The translations under genes were made by a program, and so were the position numbers. This document shows positions 18,093 through 28,475 of a DNA stretch of 64,000 bases, piece by piece. The DNA is taken from positions 3,723-67,722 of the forward strand of contig JAHJBY010000033.1 in the NCBI GenBank assembly GCA_018813285.1, given 5' to 3'. The notes under the pieces were generated by a model, which was not told where the DNA came from, did not search any database, and worked only from the letters and a program-made list of their open reading frames with translations. Position 1 is the stretch's first letter. Every line of letters starts with the position of its first letter. This DNA comes from Candidatus Omnitrophota bacterium (lineage in GTDB: Bacteria > Omnitrophota > Gorgyraeia > Tantalellales > Tantalellaceae).

Positions 18093-19624
18093 GGCTTTCC
18101 CGGTCTCTTATTCTTACGCTTGAACTCTTTTTTTAGAAGTTTAAGGACATCTTTACGTTTCGCGGCCAGGCAGAAAGCATCGACCACTTTAGGATCGAAC
18201 TGGACTCCGGAATTCTTTTTCACTTCTTCCACTGCCGCGCTGATGGAAAGAGCTTTTCGATACGGCTTTTCCAGTATCATCGCTTCGAACGCGGAGGCAA
18301 CCGCCATTACACGGGCAGACAATGGAATCTCCTCCTTCTTCAAGCCTTTCGGATATCCTGTCCCATTGTAATTTTCGTGATGATACAAAATGATCGGAAC
18401 AATGGGTTTTAGATGTTTTGACTTTGACAAAATATTGGCGCCCTTCCGGGGATGTGTTTTTACAATGTCCAGCTCTTCACCGGTCAATCCGCCTTTTTTC
18501 ATCAAAACCTTGTCCGGAATACTCATCTGTCCGGCATCGTGAAGCATAGCCGCGTACTGGATCATTTTGATCTCGCTTTCGTTCATCTGGAATTTGCGGC
18601 CGATTATGCTGATAAGTTTCAGAAATGACGCCGCCGCGCTGCCCCCCCCGGCCGGCCTGGCCTTTAGGAGCATCGCGATACACCGGATACTGCTCATTGT
18701 AAGGCTTTCCTGCTCACGAAATAAAAGTGAATTCTTTATGGCGATCACCGCCTGCTCCGCCATTGTCCTCATGATACCTTCGTCATACGCGGTGAACGGC
18801 GTATTATCAAGCTTATCATAGAGTGTTATCACGCCCACAACATCCTCTTCTATGAGCGGCGTCGCCAGGTAGCTTTTTCCGCGTATCGTCCGGGCCTTTT
18901 TCACGGCTTTCCCGGGGGCATATTTGCCGATCTCCACTTTTTTTAGTTTGGCTTTTTTCCTGCGCAGATCAACGGTCGTCTTCGGCAACAGGGTCTTGCC
19001 TTTTTTGTCCAGCAATTTTATAGAACATCGGTTGGCCTTGATCACCTGAAGCGCGAGCCGGGCTATTCTCGACAACAGCTCATTTAAGCTAAGGCTGGAA
19101 CTCATGAGTCTGTGAACGGTATGAACAGTTGAGAGCGCTATGGCCCGTGGACGTATCGTTTCGTTCAGCTCCGCAAGTTCTATCTCCTTCTGCGTCTCCC
19201 TGACTATCGTGTCTGAAAAAGATTGAAAGATAGCGCGCATATTCGCGGATATCCCGCCTTTTATTCCCACTAGTAAAATGAAACCAAAGACGTCCCCCTC
19301 AACCTTCAGGGGATAACACAAACCGTGGTAATTATCGCCATAGGCAAAAACTTCCAGTGTCTTTTTCCTCCGGGCGGATTTCACCACAGCAAAGATCTTG
19401 TTCTTATCCCGAACGCCTATTTTGTGCCCATACGCCTGTTCACGAATATGGGCCAACAACCTCTGCTTCGTTATCTCCATCTTGCTGTGGTGAACAAGCG
19501 ACACCATCACCCAGACAGGATCATGAAAAAATCTGCCGAAAGCCGAAACTTCCTTGCGAAAGTCCCAACTCGCGTTAAGCCGTGTGAATAGTGCCCGGTA
19601 ATATTTCAGTTTCTCTCTCTTCAT
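18089..19624 (-). CDS. GAF + HD-GYP domain protein (degenerate metal site)
   Basis: LHDAG, HHENYNGTGYP, QFDPKVV. Confidence 0.85.
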   Translation of the reverse strand: MKREKLKYYRALFTRLNASWDFRKEVSAFGRFFHDPVWVMVSLVHHSKMEITKQRLLAHIREQAYGHKIGVRDKNKIFAVVKSARRKKTLEVFAYGDNYHGLCYPLKVEGDVFGFILLVGIKGGISANMRAIFQSFSDTIVRETQKEIELAELNETIRPRAIALSTVHTVHRLMSSSLSLNELLSRIARLALQVIKANRCSIKLLDKKGKTLLPKTTVDLRRKKAKLKKVEIGKYAPGKAVKKARTIRGKSYLATPLIEEDVVGVITLYDKLDNTPFTAYDEGIMRTMAEQAVIAIKNSLLFREQESLTMSSIRCIAMLLKARPAGGGSAAASFLKLISIIGRKFQMNESEIKMIQYAAMLHDAGQMSIPDKVLMKKGGLTGEELDIVKTHPRKGANILSKSKHLKPIVPIILYHHENYNGTGYPKGLKKEEIPLSARVMAVASAFEAMILEKPYRKALSISAAVEEVKKNSGVQFDPKVVDAFCLAAKRKDVLKLLKKEFKRKNKRPGKP

Positions 19625-19627
19625 GTG

Positions 19628-20791
19628 CTATACCCTCTCATATGGCTCAAAAAGCCTTTTGTATTGATCAAGCGCGTAGCGGTCGGTCATCCCCGCAATG
19701 TAGTCACATATCGCGCGATATTTTCCCCTTACCCGCATGGCCTCTTTTGCCCCGGGTGGAAGTTGATCGGGATCGGCACAATATATCTCAAAGAGACTTT
19801 TCAAGAAACGTGACGCTTTGCCGGACATGCGAACCACTCTGTAATGCTTATACAACCTGTCTACAAGCAGTTTTTTTAAAAAAACACGCCTCTCCTCCAT
19901 TCCTTCTGAAAAACAAACGATCTTGCCGCCGCCCCCGGGAATATCTCCCGCCTTCTTCAATCGCAATGAATCGATAACCGCCGCCGTATTTTGAAGCAGA
20001 TCCGACACCTGAAGGTCTATCAATTTGCGTATGATCTGTATCCGCCGGATCTCCGGGTTCGGTATTTCTTTTTTTCCGCCGACAGCCGCGTAGGCCTCTC
20101 CCCAGAGAGATACACCCGACAGATCGTCTTCGACGAGAAGCGCGCTTTTTAACCCGTCATCCAGATCGTGGTTGTTGTACGCTATCTCGTCCGCAATGTC
20201 AACCACCTGGATCTCGAGAAGCCATGGCCCCGGCACATGCGCCTTGCCCATTCTCTCCATATCGAACGGGGTGGAATGGCGGATGATCCCCCTTCGGACC
20301 TCGGCCGTAAGATTTAACCCCGGGAATTCCGGATAACGCTCCTCGAGCTCATCAACCACCCGGAGACCCTGGGAATTATGATCGAACCCGCCGTGTTCTT
20401 TCATCAACGTTGAAAGGGTATCTTCACCGGAATGTCCGAACGGCGTATGGCCAAGATCGTGGGCAAGCGCTATGGCCTCGACCAGGTCCTCGTTAAGCCG
20501 GAGAACGCGCGCTATGGCCCGCGAGATCTGCGCGACTTCAAGGGTATGCGTAAGTCTTGTCCGGTAATAATCCCCCTCATGGTTAACAAAAACCTGGGTC
20601 TTATACTCCAGTCTCCTGAATGATGTGGAATGGATTACGCGCTCTTTGTCGCGCTGATAGGCCGATCGGTAAGCGTGTTCCTTTTCGGGATGGACCCTCC
20701 CCATGCTTTCCGCGCTTTTCATCGCGTACGGAGCGAGCCACTCGGATTCGCGCGTTTCTATTACCTTTCGTGTAAGAATATCGCTTCCCAT
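19628..20791 (-). CDS. dgt: dGTP triphosphohydrolase-like protein
   Basis: FRRLEYKTQV, RTRLTHTLEV, HDLGHTPFGHSGE, DYIAGMTD. Confidence 0.93.
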   Translation of the reverse strand: MGSDILTRKVIETRESEWLAPYAMKSAESMGRVHPEKEHAYRSAYQRDKERVIHSTSFRRLEYKTQVFVNHEGDYYRTRLTHTLEVAQISRAIARVLRLNEDLVEAIALAHDLGHTPFGHSGEDTLSTLMKEHGGFDHNSQGLRVVDELEERYPEFPGLNLTAEVRRGIIRHSTPFDMERMGKAHVPGPWLLEIQVVDIADEIAYNNHDLDDGLKSALLVEDDLSGVSLWGEAYAAVGGKKEIPNPEIRRIQIIRKLIDLQVSDLLQNTAAVIDSLRLKKAGDIPGGGGKIVCFSEGMEERRVFLKKLLVDRLYKHYRVVRMSGKASRFLKSLFEIYCADPDQLPPGAKEAMRVRGKYRAICDYIAGMTDRYALDQYKRLFEPYERV

Positions 20792-20808
20792 ATCGTTCGT
20801 CTTGTTCT

Positions 20809-21783
20809 TTACCGCACAAAATATACTATCACAAAGCCGGCAAAACCTATAGCAAAAATCGCGGTTGTATCCCAGTTGAACCGAGAGGATGTTTCTTTTT
20901 TAACGAGCGAACTGACAACGAAAACCAACGATGTCACGAGCATCACGGCCGTGACAAACACCTGTCCTCTCGTAAGCATGCCAAGAATGGGGGTCTTATT
21001 AAGAATGTCCAGCAAGGGGATAATACAAATGTCGAACATATTGCTTCCCAGCACATTTCCAACGGCCATGTTAAGAGACCCCGCGCGCAACGCGGCGAAA
21101 GTAACTATTATTTCCGGAAGTGAAGTCGCAAGACCGAGAAAAAGAACTCCGGTGAATGTCTGTGACAATCCTGTCGTATTGACGATCGCCTCACCGATCT
21201 TCGCCATCCATGCCCCTAAACAAACAACAACAAAAAGAAGCCCGATGAATTTTCCCCAGATCATCCATTTTGACCCGGTGTTTTTTTCCGCCTCACCTTT
21301 TTCCGCCGTCTCCGTATTTTTAAACTTACGCAACGCGATAAAGTAGATCAAAATAATAATAAAATTTTCCGCCCCAAGCCCCATGAAAGACGGGATAGCG
21401 CGCCCCGACACGCGCGTAACACTCGCTCCCAGGACAACAAAACTAAGCAGCAGTATCACAACACCGCTCATTCGGTTGAGCCGTGATATTTTGAGGAGCA
21501 TCCGGCCCTTTCCTGAAAAATAATCCACGCCGAAAAGGATCATAAAATTAATGATCACCGATCCTACGATATCCGCGTATCCAAGGCCGACTTTGCCGAG
21601 AAAATAAACAGAAGTCGCGGCCGTCGATATTTCAGGGAATGATGTAGCGATAGCAAGGAAAATCATACCGATGATGCCGGGAGAAATATGTGTTTTTTCT
21701 GAAAGAACAACGCCTTCCCGGCAAAGATGATAGGAGAACCATGTCAGCGCCGTACTGCATATGAGAAACTGTATCCAGATCAT
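20809..21783 (-). CDS. Sodium:calcium antiporter family protein
   Basis: Two ATS(F/L)PE repeats, GNVLGSN. Confidence 0.88.
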   Translation of the reverse strand: MIWIQFLICSTALTWFSYHLCREGVVLSEKTHISPGIIGMIFLAIATSFPEISTAATSVYFLGKVGLGYADIVGSVIINFMILFGVDYFSGKGRMLLKISRLNRMSGVVILLLSFVVLGASVTRVSGRAIPSFMGLGAENFIIILIYFIALRKFKNTETAEKGEAEKNTGSKWMIWGKFIGLLFVVVCLGAWMAKIGEAIVNTTGLSQTFTGVLFLGLATSLPEIIVTFAALRAGSLNMAVGNVLGSNMFDICIIPLLDILNKTPILGMLTRGQVFVTAVMLVTSLVFVVSSLVKKETSSRFNWDTTAIFAIGFAGFVIVYFVR

Positions 21784-21798
21784 TATTTTGGGCCGTTT

Positions 21799-22290
21799 TC
21801 AATCAAGCCTGATTATCTCCGCCTTAATACTGCCAGGCGATATGTCAATTATACCGAAAGACCTGTACGGCGCGAACATTCTGTCCGACACGCTACCGGG
21901 GTTTAAAAAAAGTATTTTATCGATCATTTCGTTGAAAGGGATGTGCGTATGGCCAAAAATGATCACATCCGGTTTTTTGCCTTTGAAGGATTTTTTCGCG
22001 GTCTGGCGGGCGGCGTAAGAAGGTCCATATCCGTGCACAACTCCGATCACTTTGCCGTCGGCCTCAAAAAGCAATGTTTCAGGAAGCGCCTTCTTTACTT
22101 CCGGGCTGTCCATGTTGCCACAAACCGCGTGTGTTATGGCTTGAAGCCGAAGTTCATTTATCACTTTCATTTCAGTGGCGTCACCCGCGTGGACGACGCA
22201 ATCGCAATCTTTGATCTGCTCTTTTATTTTTTCAGGGAGATCCTCGGCAGACGCGGGTATGTGTGTGTCGGAAATGACCACTATCTTCAT
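21799..22290 (-). CDS. YfcE/MJ0936-type metallophosphoesterase
   Basis: SDTH, HAGD, GNMD, HG, GHTH, NPGS. Confidence 0.92.
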   Translation of the reverse strand: MKIVVISDTHIPASAEDLPEKIKEQIKDCDCVVHAGDATEMKVINELRLQAITHAVCGNMDSPEVKKALPETLLFEADGKVIGVVHGYGPSYAARQTAKKSFKGKKPDVIIFGHTHIPFNEMIDKILFLNPGSVSDRMFAPYRSFGIIDISPGSIKAEIIRLD

Positions 22291-23933
22291 AATGCTAACT
22301 CAAACTTTCCGAACAAGCGAAGTATCCTGTTAAGTTGTTCAATGTCCCAAACCCAAATATTGCGCTCTTTCGCCAGAAGAAACGCGTTGTTTTCTATGCC
22401 ATTAAGCGGCATCATGATCCTTCGACTGACCTTTAAACCTTCGCCGCGCACCCGAAAGCTCGCCAGAAGCGCCACATCCGCTTCTTCCGCTATGTCCCCT
22501 TCTTTAATATGGCACACCCACGCGTTTCCTCCCGCATGCCCGATAATTTCATTTGTATTCCCTGATATCCGCCTGGATGTGACAGCATCCAAAACCGGCA
22601 CCTTGCGTTGATGCGTCCCGATATAGACCATCTCGCTATGAAAAGAAGAAAAAAGCGCGCTTACAATGTCCGTCACGCTCCTTAAATTAAACTCGCAATA
22701 CTCACTGAAATCGCTGTCAACAGAGTGGCAAAATTCCAGATATTTAATGTCCATCTCGTCAACAACGGCATCCGCTTTCAACCCATAAACGTTCTTTAAC
22801 CAGAATTCGAAAAGTCTGTCCTGCACCTTATAAAATATGCCGCTTTTGTAAACAAGATCCATGTTCCGCAATTGTTCGAGCTTCACCCGCAACTCTCTAT
22901 CGGCCCTCGCCATGTCTCCCTTTATATCCTTTATCCGTGAATTTCCTCTTGCCAGAGACACTAATATCGGAATGAGCTGTTTGCGCGTCTTTTTTTCAAG
23001 AAAGAAATTGACTGTGTTAGAGAAATATTGATTGAGGACACCGTTCGCTTCATATAGCAGCTCAGAAAACGAATTCATGAGGCACGCTTTCGGATTTTTT
23101 CCTATTCCGTCATCAGCCGCGCTCGCGGCATGAACATATCGCTTCAGTATTGTCTCGAGATAAAAAGGATTGCCCTGAGAAAGCTGGATCATGTAGTTTT
23201 CAATATTGTTCGGGATCAATATATCAACCTGTTTGTCAGCAATAAATGACCGGGCAGTCCGATTGTCAAATCCATTCACCTCAATGACTTCAAAATTACC
23301 GAATAAAAGCGATAATTTCCTGGAAAGTATTTCTTTCAACAGCGTTTTTTGTGAGCTGGAAACAATGTACATGGTGTTTTTCTGCACCATAATGAACTTA
23401 CCGAACACCTGAAACGGTTTCTTTAGGCCAAAACCTGCCAGATTATGGAATTCGTCGAGTACGATCACGCATTTCTTCCCCGTTTCGGCCTTAAAAACGG
23501 ATGTGATATCCAGGAGTTTCTCATACGCGACGTTCTTTCTCCTCCTCGCCAAAGAAATGAGCACTTCATCTATCTGTCGCACTGTAGAAGGGATACTCTC
23601 CCTGCATGCTACGCGCAACGGATCAAGCTCAACAGGCGGTGTGGCGTTTTCTCCCCGCAAACATTGATATTGATAAAGAAGCGTAGCCATGAACCTCTCG
23701 CAGAAAGAGCGAAAATCATCCCCGACCATCTCTACGTATACCGGAAGGATATCCGAGGATTTTACGGTCTTGAGAAAATGCCTGAGAATGGATGATTTGC
23801 CGGCAAGCATCGGTCCGGTAAGCGCAAGATTCTGCCTGTAACCGCCTTTTACAGCCGTCACCCTTTTATGCAAGGTCGCAAGGATATCTTCTCGTCCAAA
23901 AAATTTTTTGCCAAATACCGGTTCAATAAACAT
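22287..23933 (-). CDS. Archaeal-type (STAND-like) ATPase with C-terminal nuclease-like fold
   Basis: FFGRE, Walker A GPMLAGKS, Walker B IVLDEFH, GNPFYL. Confidence 0.75.
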   Translation of the reverse strand: MFIEPVFGKKFFGREDILATLHKRVTAVKGGYRQNLALTGPMLAGKSSILRHFLKTVKSSDILPVYVEMVGDDFRSFCERFMATLLYQYQCLRGENATPPVELDPLRVACRESIPSTVRQIDEVLISLARRRKNVAYEKLLDITSVFKAETGKKCVIVLDEFHNLAGFGLKKPFQVFGKFIMVQKNTMYIVSSSQKTLLKEILSRKLSLLFGNFEVIEVNGFDNRTARSFIADKQVDILIPNNIENYMIQLSQGNPFYLETILKRYVHAASAADDGIGKNPKACLMNSFSELLYEANGVLNQYFSNTVNFFLEKKTRKQLIPILVSLARGNSRIKDIKGDMARADRELRVKLEQLRNMDLVYKSGIFYKVQDRLFEFWLKNVYGLKADAVVDEMDIKYLEFCHSVDSDFSEYCEFNLRSVTDIVSALFSSFHSEMVYIGTHQRKVPVLDAVTSRRISGNTNEIIGHAGGNAWVCHIKEGDIAEEADVALLASFRVRGEGLKVSRRIMMPLNGIENNAFLLAKERNIWVWDIEQLNRILRLFGKFELAL

Positions 23934-23962
23934 TATTTCTCAACTATTCGTTTCGTGTACAA

Positions 23963-24036
23963 TGGAGCGAGCGAGGGGAATCGAACCCCCGTCACCAGCT
24001 TGGGAAGCTGGAGTTCTACCATTGAACCACGCTCGC
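23963..24036 (-). tRNA. tRNA-Gly (CCC)
   Basis: GCGAGCG acceptor stem, anticodon arm ccagc-ttCCCaa-gctgg, GGTTCGATTCC T-arm, encoded CCA. Confidence 0.96.
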
Positions 24037-24947
24037 TAAAACCTCGTTATACGTCCCAAGCACTTATACCGTCCGTCAATATCTCTCCTGGAAATATCCA
24101 CTAATCCATCTACGCTGAATTTTTCAACGGCATAAGACGCCAATATACTACCATATACCAACGCGCTTCTCAAGTCTCTATCGGTTATCGTTCGTTTTCC
24201 GGACAGGTACCCGATCATCCCCCCGGCGAACGTATCGCCGGCCCCCGTTGGATCCTTCACATCATGTATCAGAAAAGGCGGCACAATAAAACTAAGCCCC
24301 TTAGAAAAAAGCAACGCGCCATGCTCTCCTTTTTTGATCACAACCGTCCGGACCCCCCTGGACGCGATGCTTTGCGCCGCTTTTAAAAGATTAAACTCAC
24401 CGGACAGCTGACGAGCTTCCTCGTCGTTCAACAGGAGAAGGTCCACCTTTTTCAGCAGTTTCAATAACGCCCGCCGCTTGGTATTGATCCAGAGGTCCAT
24501 TGTATCGCATGCCACCAATCCGGCAGGCTTAATTCTCTTGAATATCCAATCCTGAAGTTCCGGATCAATATTGGCCAGCAGCAAATAATCCTCCGAACTG
24601 ACGTTCGCGGGGATCTCCGGACGAAAACCGTTAAAAACATTAAGATCTACGCTCAGCGTCTTTCTATGAGTCAGGTCAGAATCATATTTCCCCTTCCACC
24701 TGAAGGTCTTACCTTTCTTTCGTGTAAGCCCCGATGTGTCCACCCCCCGTTTCTTGAACATTTGGAAATATTTTTCCGGAAAATCGGTACCAACTACACT
24801 TATAAGATTCACCGGCGCGAAAAACGACGCGCTAAGGGCGGCAAACACAGCTGATCCCCCGAGAACGTTAGCCCGCGAGCCCCTTGCCGTCTCGACGCTG
24901 TCGAAGGCGACCGAACCTATAACCGTGACTTTCGTCTTTTTCTTCAT
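24036..24947 (-). CDS. PfkB/ribokinase family sugar kinase
   Basis: GGSA, IKKGEHG, DPTGAGDTFAGG. Confidence 0.92.
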   Translation of the reverse strand: MKKKTKVTVIGSVAFDSVETARGSRANVLGGSAVFAALSASFFAPVNLISVVGTDFPEKYFQMFKKRGVDTSGLTRKKGKTFRWKGKYDSDLTHRKTLSVDLNVFNGFRPEIPANVSSEDYLLLANIDPELQDWIFKRIKPAGLVACDTMDLWINTKRRALLKLLKKVDLLLLNDEEARQLSGEFNLLKAAQSIASRGVRTVVIKKGEHGALLFSKGLSFIVPPFLIHDVKDPTGAGDTFAGGMIGYLSGKRTITDRDLRSALVYGSILASYAVEKFSVDGLVDISRRDIDGRYKCLGRITRF

Positions 24948-26218
24948 TTTTTACCCCGGGCGCTTTTTTTCCCAAGGCCCTCCTCCATCATTTTGATCGA
25001 GCAGAACTCGGCGCACATCGCGCATACATCTTCCTCTGTCGGTTGGGACTCAAGGCGCATCTTCTTCGGCAGTTCCGGGTCGAGAGAAAGCCGGAACTGG
25101 GTTTTCCAATCCCTTTTCGCGCGTGCCTTCGATATTGCCAGATCTCGTCTGGCCGCGGATGGGATGCCCTTAACAATATCCGCGGCGTGTGCCGCGATCT
25201 TTGAAGCAATAACGCCTTTTTTTACGTCATCCACATCAGGAAGCTTCACATGTTCCGCCGGCGTCACATAACACAAGAAATCCGCCCCATGCCACGCGGC
25301 AACAGCGCCTCCAATGGCTGAAGTTATATGGTCATATCCCGGCGCGGCATCGGTAACAAGCGGTCCCAACACGTAGAACGGCGATCCGTGACAGATCTTT
25401 TTCTGTAATTTTACGTTCATCTCTATCTGATCAAGGGGCATATGGCCCGGACCTTCTATCATAACCTGCACACCCCGGGACATCGCCCTCTGCTGCAACC
25501 TTCCGAGAACAAGAAGTTCTTGTATCTGCAGGTGATCCGTAGCATCCTGAATAGCGCCGGGCCGCAAACTGTCACCAAGGCTCAATGTGATCGAATACCT
25601 TTTCGCTATCTCCATCACCCTGTCAAACTGCGTCAGAAAAGGATTTTCCCGTCCGGCATCTAACATCCAGGACGCAAGCAACGCTCCCCCTCGTGACACA
25701 ATGCTAATTACCCGTGGTTTTTTTACCGCGAAACGCGCGGCATCGATCGTTATTCCCGCGTGGATAGTAAAAAAATCTACGCCCTCATCGGCCTGTTTCT
25801 CTAACACGTCAACAAAATCGCTTTCGCCCAGAGATCGGAATTCTTTCTTTTTTCCGCAGGCCAGATCATAGATCGGTACTGTCCCCACCGGAACGGGGCA
25901 ACAGCCGAGTATTTTTCTTCTCAGTTTCCGGATAGACGATCCGGTAGAGAGATCCATTACCGTGTCGGCCCCGGCTTCCACCGCGGCATTCATCTTCTTC
26001 ATTTCAAGAGCGACACTGGAGTTACCGGATGATAGACCGATATTCGCGTTGACTTTTGTCGTCATGCCCTTTCCGACCGCGCAAGGCCGGGCAACCCCGC
26101 GAGTGTTGTTCTTTAGCACGACAATCGTACCGTCGGCGATCCCTTTTTTTATTTCCCGTGCGGACGCGTCTTCAAGTCGCGCGGCTTTCGTGATGAGTTT
26201 GTCAGGAAGTGTTATCAT
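24944..26218 (-). CDS. thiC: Phosphomethylpyrimidine synthase
   Basis: TKVNANIG, MDLSTG, SRGG, EGPGH, CAMCAEFC. Confidence 0.9.
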   Translation of the reverse strand: MITLPDKLITKAARLEDASAREIKKGIADGTIVVLKNNTRGVARPCAVGKGMTTKVNANIGLSSGNSSVALEMKKMNAAVEAGADTVMDLSTGSSIRKLRRKILGCCPVPVGTVPIYDLACGKKKEFRSLGESDFVDVLEKQADEGVDFFTIHAGITIDAARFAVKKPRVISIVSRGGALLASWMLDAGRENPFLTQFDRVMEIAKRYSITLSLGDSLRPGAIQDATDHLQIQELLVLGRLQQRAMSRGVQVMIEGPGHMPLDQIEMNVKLQKKICHGSPFYVLGPLVTDAAPGYDHITSAIGGAVAAWHGADFLCYVTPAEHVKLPDVDDVKKGVIASKIAAHAADIVKGIPSAARRDLAISKARAKRDWKTQFRLSLDPELPKKMRLESQPTEEDVCAMCAEFCSIKMMEEGLGKKSARGKK

Positions 26219-26276
26219 TTGATCTCCGGCGCCGCCTTTCTGTCTTTTTTTATTGTGATGAGCGTTTATTCATTAT

Positions 26277-26699
26277 TCAGCAATGCCTTATTTCCTTAAC
26301 CGCCTGTTTCTCGATCTCGTAAAGTTTGAACCGGAACTCTTTAAATCGTTGAGACAATTCTCTGTCAAACAGTTTCAGCACCTCTTCAAGCACACGCAGG
26401 GATTCTTTCCCGCGCTGCGTATTCGCCAGAAACAGGTCCGCAAGATCGTCTCTTGTTTTTTCGGAATCCGTACTTTTGGTCCCCACATCCCGGCCGGTAT
26501 CCCTCGAATGGACAAGCTCTTCGAAATGCTCGTTACGCAGATCTTTGATGGCGGAAAAAACGCTGTGGCGAAGTTCTTTTAACCGCAAGGTCAAGACTTC
26601 ATTGTTCGTTGAGAAACGAATGATATCCTCACATACCCGAACGCCTTCCATTACTCTGTTCAGATTCGCGTCAATAATTCTGTATACGCCCGTATCCAT
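26277..26699 (-). CDS. Stand-alone ThiD2-like protein (N-terminal domain of extended ThiE)
   Basis: RIIDANLNR..EG.RV.ED, DVG, ESLRVLEE, RF.LY.IEK. Confidence 0.8.
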   Translation of the reverse strand: MDTGVYRIIDANLNRVMEGVRVCEDIIRFSTNNEVLTLRLKELRHSVFSAIKDLRNEHFEELVHSRDTGRDVGTKSTDSEKTRDDLADLFLANTQRGKESLRVLEEVLKLFDRELSQRFKEFRFKLYEIEKQAVKEIRHC

Positions 26700-26726
26700 G
26701 ATTTAGTCCATAAATAAAGTATTGCG

Positions 26727-26760
26727 TTTAGTTTTTAGTTTCTAGTTTTTAGTTTTCAGC
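26727..26760. repeat. Heptamer tandem array (tttagtt)
   Basis: tttagtttttagtttctagtttttagttttcag. Confidence 0.7.
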
Positions 26761-26768
26761 ATCACCCA

Positions 26769-27284
26769 TTACTTTTTGACCCGACGTTTCAGGGCGGGGG
26801 AACCCCGCCCCCACTTGCCCCTCATTTTCTCGATGATCGCCGTCGTCGAAAAACCTTCCACGTACGGAATTATCCTCACCGACCCGCCGTTAGCCTTTAC
26901 GTGCCGGGCCCCGACGACAGAACCCTCTGTCCAGTCTCCGCCTTTAAACAGGATACGCGGCCTCAGGTACCGGATGAGTTCTTCGGGCGTGTCTTCATGG
27001 AACAGTGTCAGAAAGTCCACACATTCCAGTTCGGCCAATACTTCCATCCTGGCCGATTCATCGTTGATCGGACGGCTTTCTCCCTTTAATCCGCGTACTG
27101 AATCGTTACTGTTGACTCCAACAACAAGAACGTCGCACCCGGATTTCGCGGCCCGCAGGTATTTCACATGACCCGCATGCAGAATATCAAAACACCCATT
27201 GGTAAACCCTATGGTCTTGCCGTTATCAGCAGCGCTCTTTAACGCCTCTTTCAGCTCGGCCCGTGTTTTGATCTTCGTCGTCAT
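26769..27284 (-). CDS. rfaE2: D-glycero-beta-D-manno-heptose 1-phosphate adenylyltransferase (HldE/RfaE domain II)
   Basis: FTNGCFDILHAGHV, KGGDW, GFSTT. Confidence 0.92.
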   Translation of the reverse strand: MTTKIKTRAELKEALKSAADNGKTIGFTNGCFDILHAGHVKYLRAAKSGCDVLVVGVNSNDSVRGLKGESRPINDESARMEVLAELECVDFLTLFHEDTPEELIRYLRPRILFKGGDWTEGSVVGARHVKANGGSVRIIPYVEGFSTTAIIEKMRGKWGRGSPALKRRVKK

Positions 27285-27856
27285 ATGGCCTCTTCAACCA
27301 GTTTGCATAACGCATGAATGATCAAAATATGCGTTTCCTGCACACGGGCGGTATTATTCTCTCTCACGATTACCGGGATATCGGATAACCGCGATAGTTT
27401 CCCGCCAGATCTCCCGGTGAGACCGATAACCGTAATCCCTTTTTCCTGCGCTGTCCGAACGGCATCAAGAATGTTGGGAGAATTACCGCTTGTGGATATC
27501 GCGACGACCACGTCATTCGGACGGGCCAACGCGTCTATCTGGCGGCTAAATATTTTTTCAAACGCGTAGTCGTTGGCGGCAGCCGTTATATTTGAGGTGT
27601 TGGCGTTAAGGGCAATACATGGAAGAGCCTTCCTGTCTTTCTCAAATCTTACCATTAGTTCCGCGGCCATATGCTGGCTATCGGCGGCACTGCCTCCGTT
27701 ACCGAAAACCATCACCTTACCGCCTTTCTTCAAACAGTCGGAGATCACCCCGGCAGCTTTAACAATAACGGCCACGCCTTCTGTATTGCCCAAAAACTCC
27801 GTTTTAACCCGTATGCTTTCTTTGAATATCTCTTTGACCTTATCGACCGCGTCCAT
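27281..27856 (-). CDS. gmhA: Sedoheptulose 7-phosphate isomerase
   Basis: GNGGSAADSQH, STSGNS, RVQETH. Confidence 0.95.
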   Translation of the reverse strand: MDAVDKVKEIFKESIRVKTEFLGNTEGVAVIVKAAGVISDCLKKGGKVMVFGNGGSAADSQHMAAELMVRFEKDRKALPCIALNANTSNITAAANDYAFEKIFSRQIDALARPNDVVVAISTSGNSPNILDAVRTAQEKGITVIGLTGRSGGKLSRLSDIPVIVRENNTARVQETHILIIHALCKLVEEAI

Positions 27857-27865
27857 ATCTATCCC

Positions 27866-28459
27866 CTATCTGAAAGGAACCTCATGAGGTGATCCGGCGC
27901 CTTCTTCTGCCTCGCCCGCGCTGAACGGCAAACGCCCGGTGATCTTATTGACGCGCATTACCATAGTTATCTGCTCTTCAACCCCAAGCATCGTTTTTAC
28001 TTTATTCTTGATCTCAGACTGGATCTCTTCGGTTAATTTAGGGATATTCGATCCGGCGTTGATCGTAACTTCGCTTACTATATTGATCCCTTTGCGGCCG
28101 AACGAAACGCGTGAACGCACATTGCTTATACCGGAGATCTCTTTCGCGGCCCGGTATATGTACTCCTCGATCGCTGCTATGGAGATCGTCACTTCGCCGT
28201 CAGGGTTCTGAAAGGTTATCTGCCGCCTCAAGCGTGTGTTTTTCGACACTCGAAACGGAAGAATAACAGCAGTGATCATCATTATCCCCCCGAAACTCAT
28301 AAGGGCGATCTGATACGCGGCCGACCGCGAGATATTGCTTATCATTCCAGCCCAGTCTTCCGCGGGGACCAACGCGGAGGCCGCTATAACAAGCACCACG
28401 CCTATCGCAAAGAATAGAACCGAATAGAAAAGCGCCACCAGTTTTCTGATAAATGCCAT
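27866..28459 (-). CDS. AmaP/Asp23-like membrane anchor protein
   Basis: Two TM helices plus GEVTISIAAIE...IQ..IK Asp23-like domain; follows accC. Confidence 0.7.
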   Translation of the reverse strand: MAFIRKLVALFYSVLFFAIGVVLVIAASALVPAEDWAGMISNISRSAAYQIALMSFGGIMMITAVILPFRVSKNTRLRRQITFQNPDGEVTISIAAIEEYIYRAAKEISGISNVRSRVSFGRKGINIVSEVTINAGSNIPKLTEEIQSEIKNKVKTMLGVEEQITMVMRVNKITGRLPFSAGEAEEGAGSPHEVPFR

Positions 28460-28475
28460 AACTTCCTCCCTTTCT

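Noticed and set aside
22287-24036. Genomic island integrated at tRNA-Gly
   Set aside because: No integrase, no duplicated tRNA 3' end seen, downstream genes are coupled and housekeeping-like
26218-26770. TPP riboswitch near thiC
   Set aside because: No CTGAGA-type aptamer core seen in the flanking gaps
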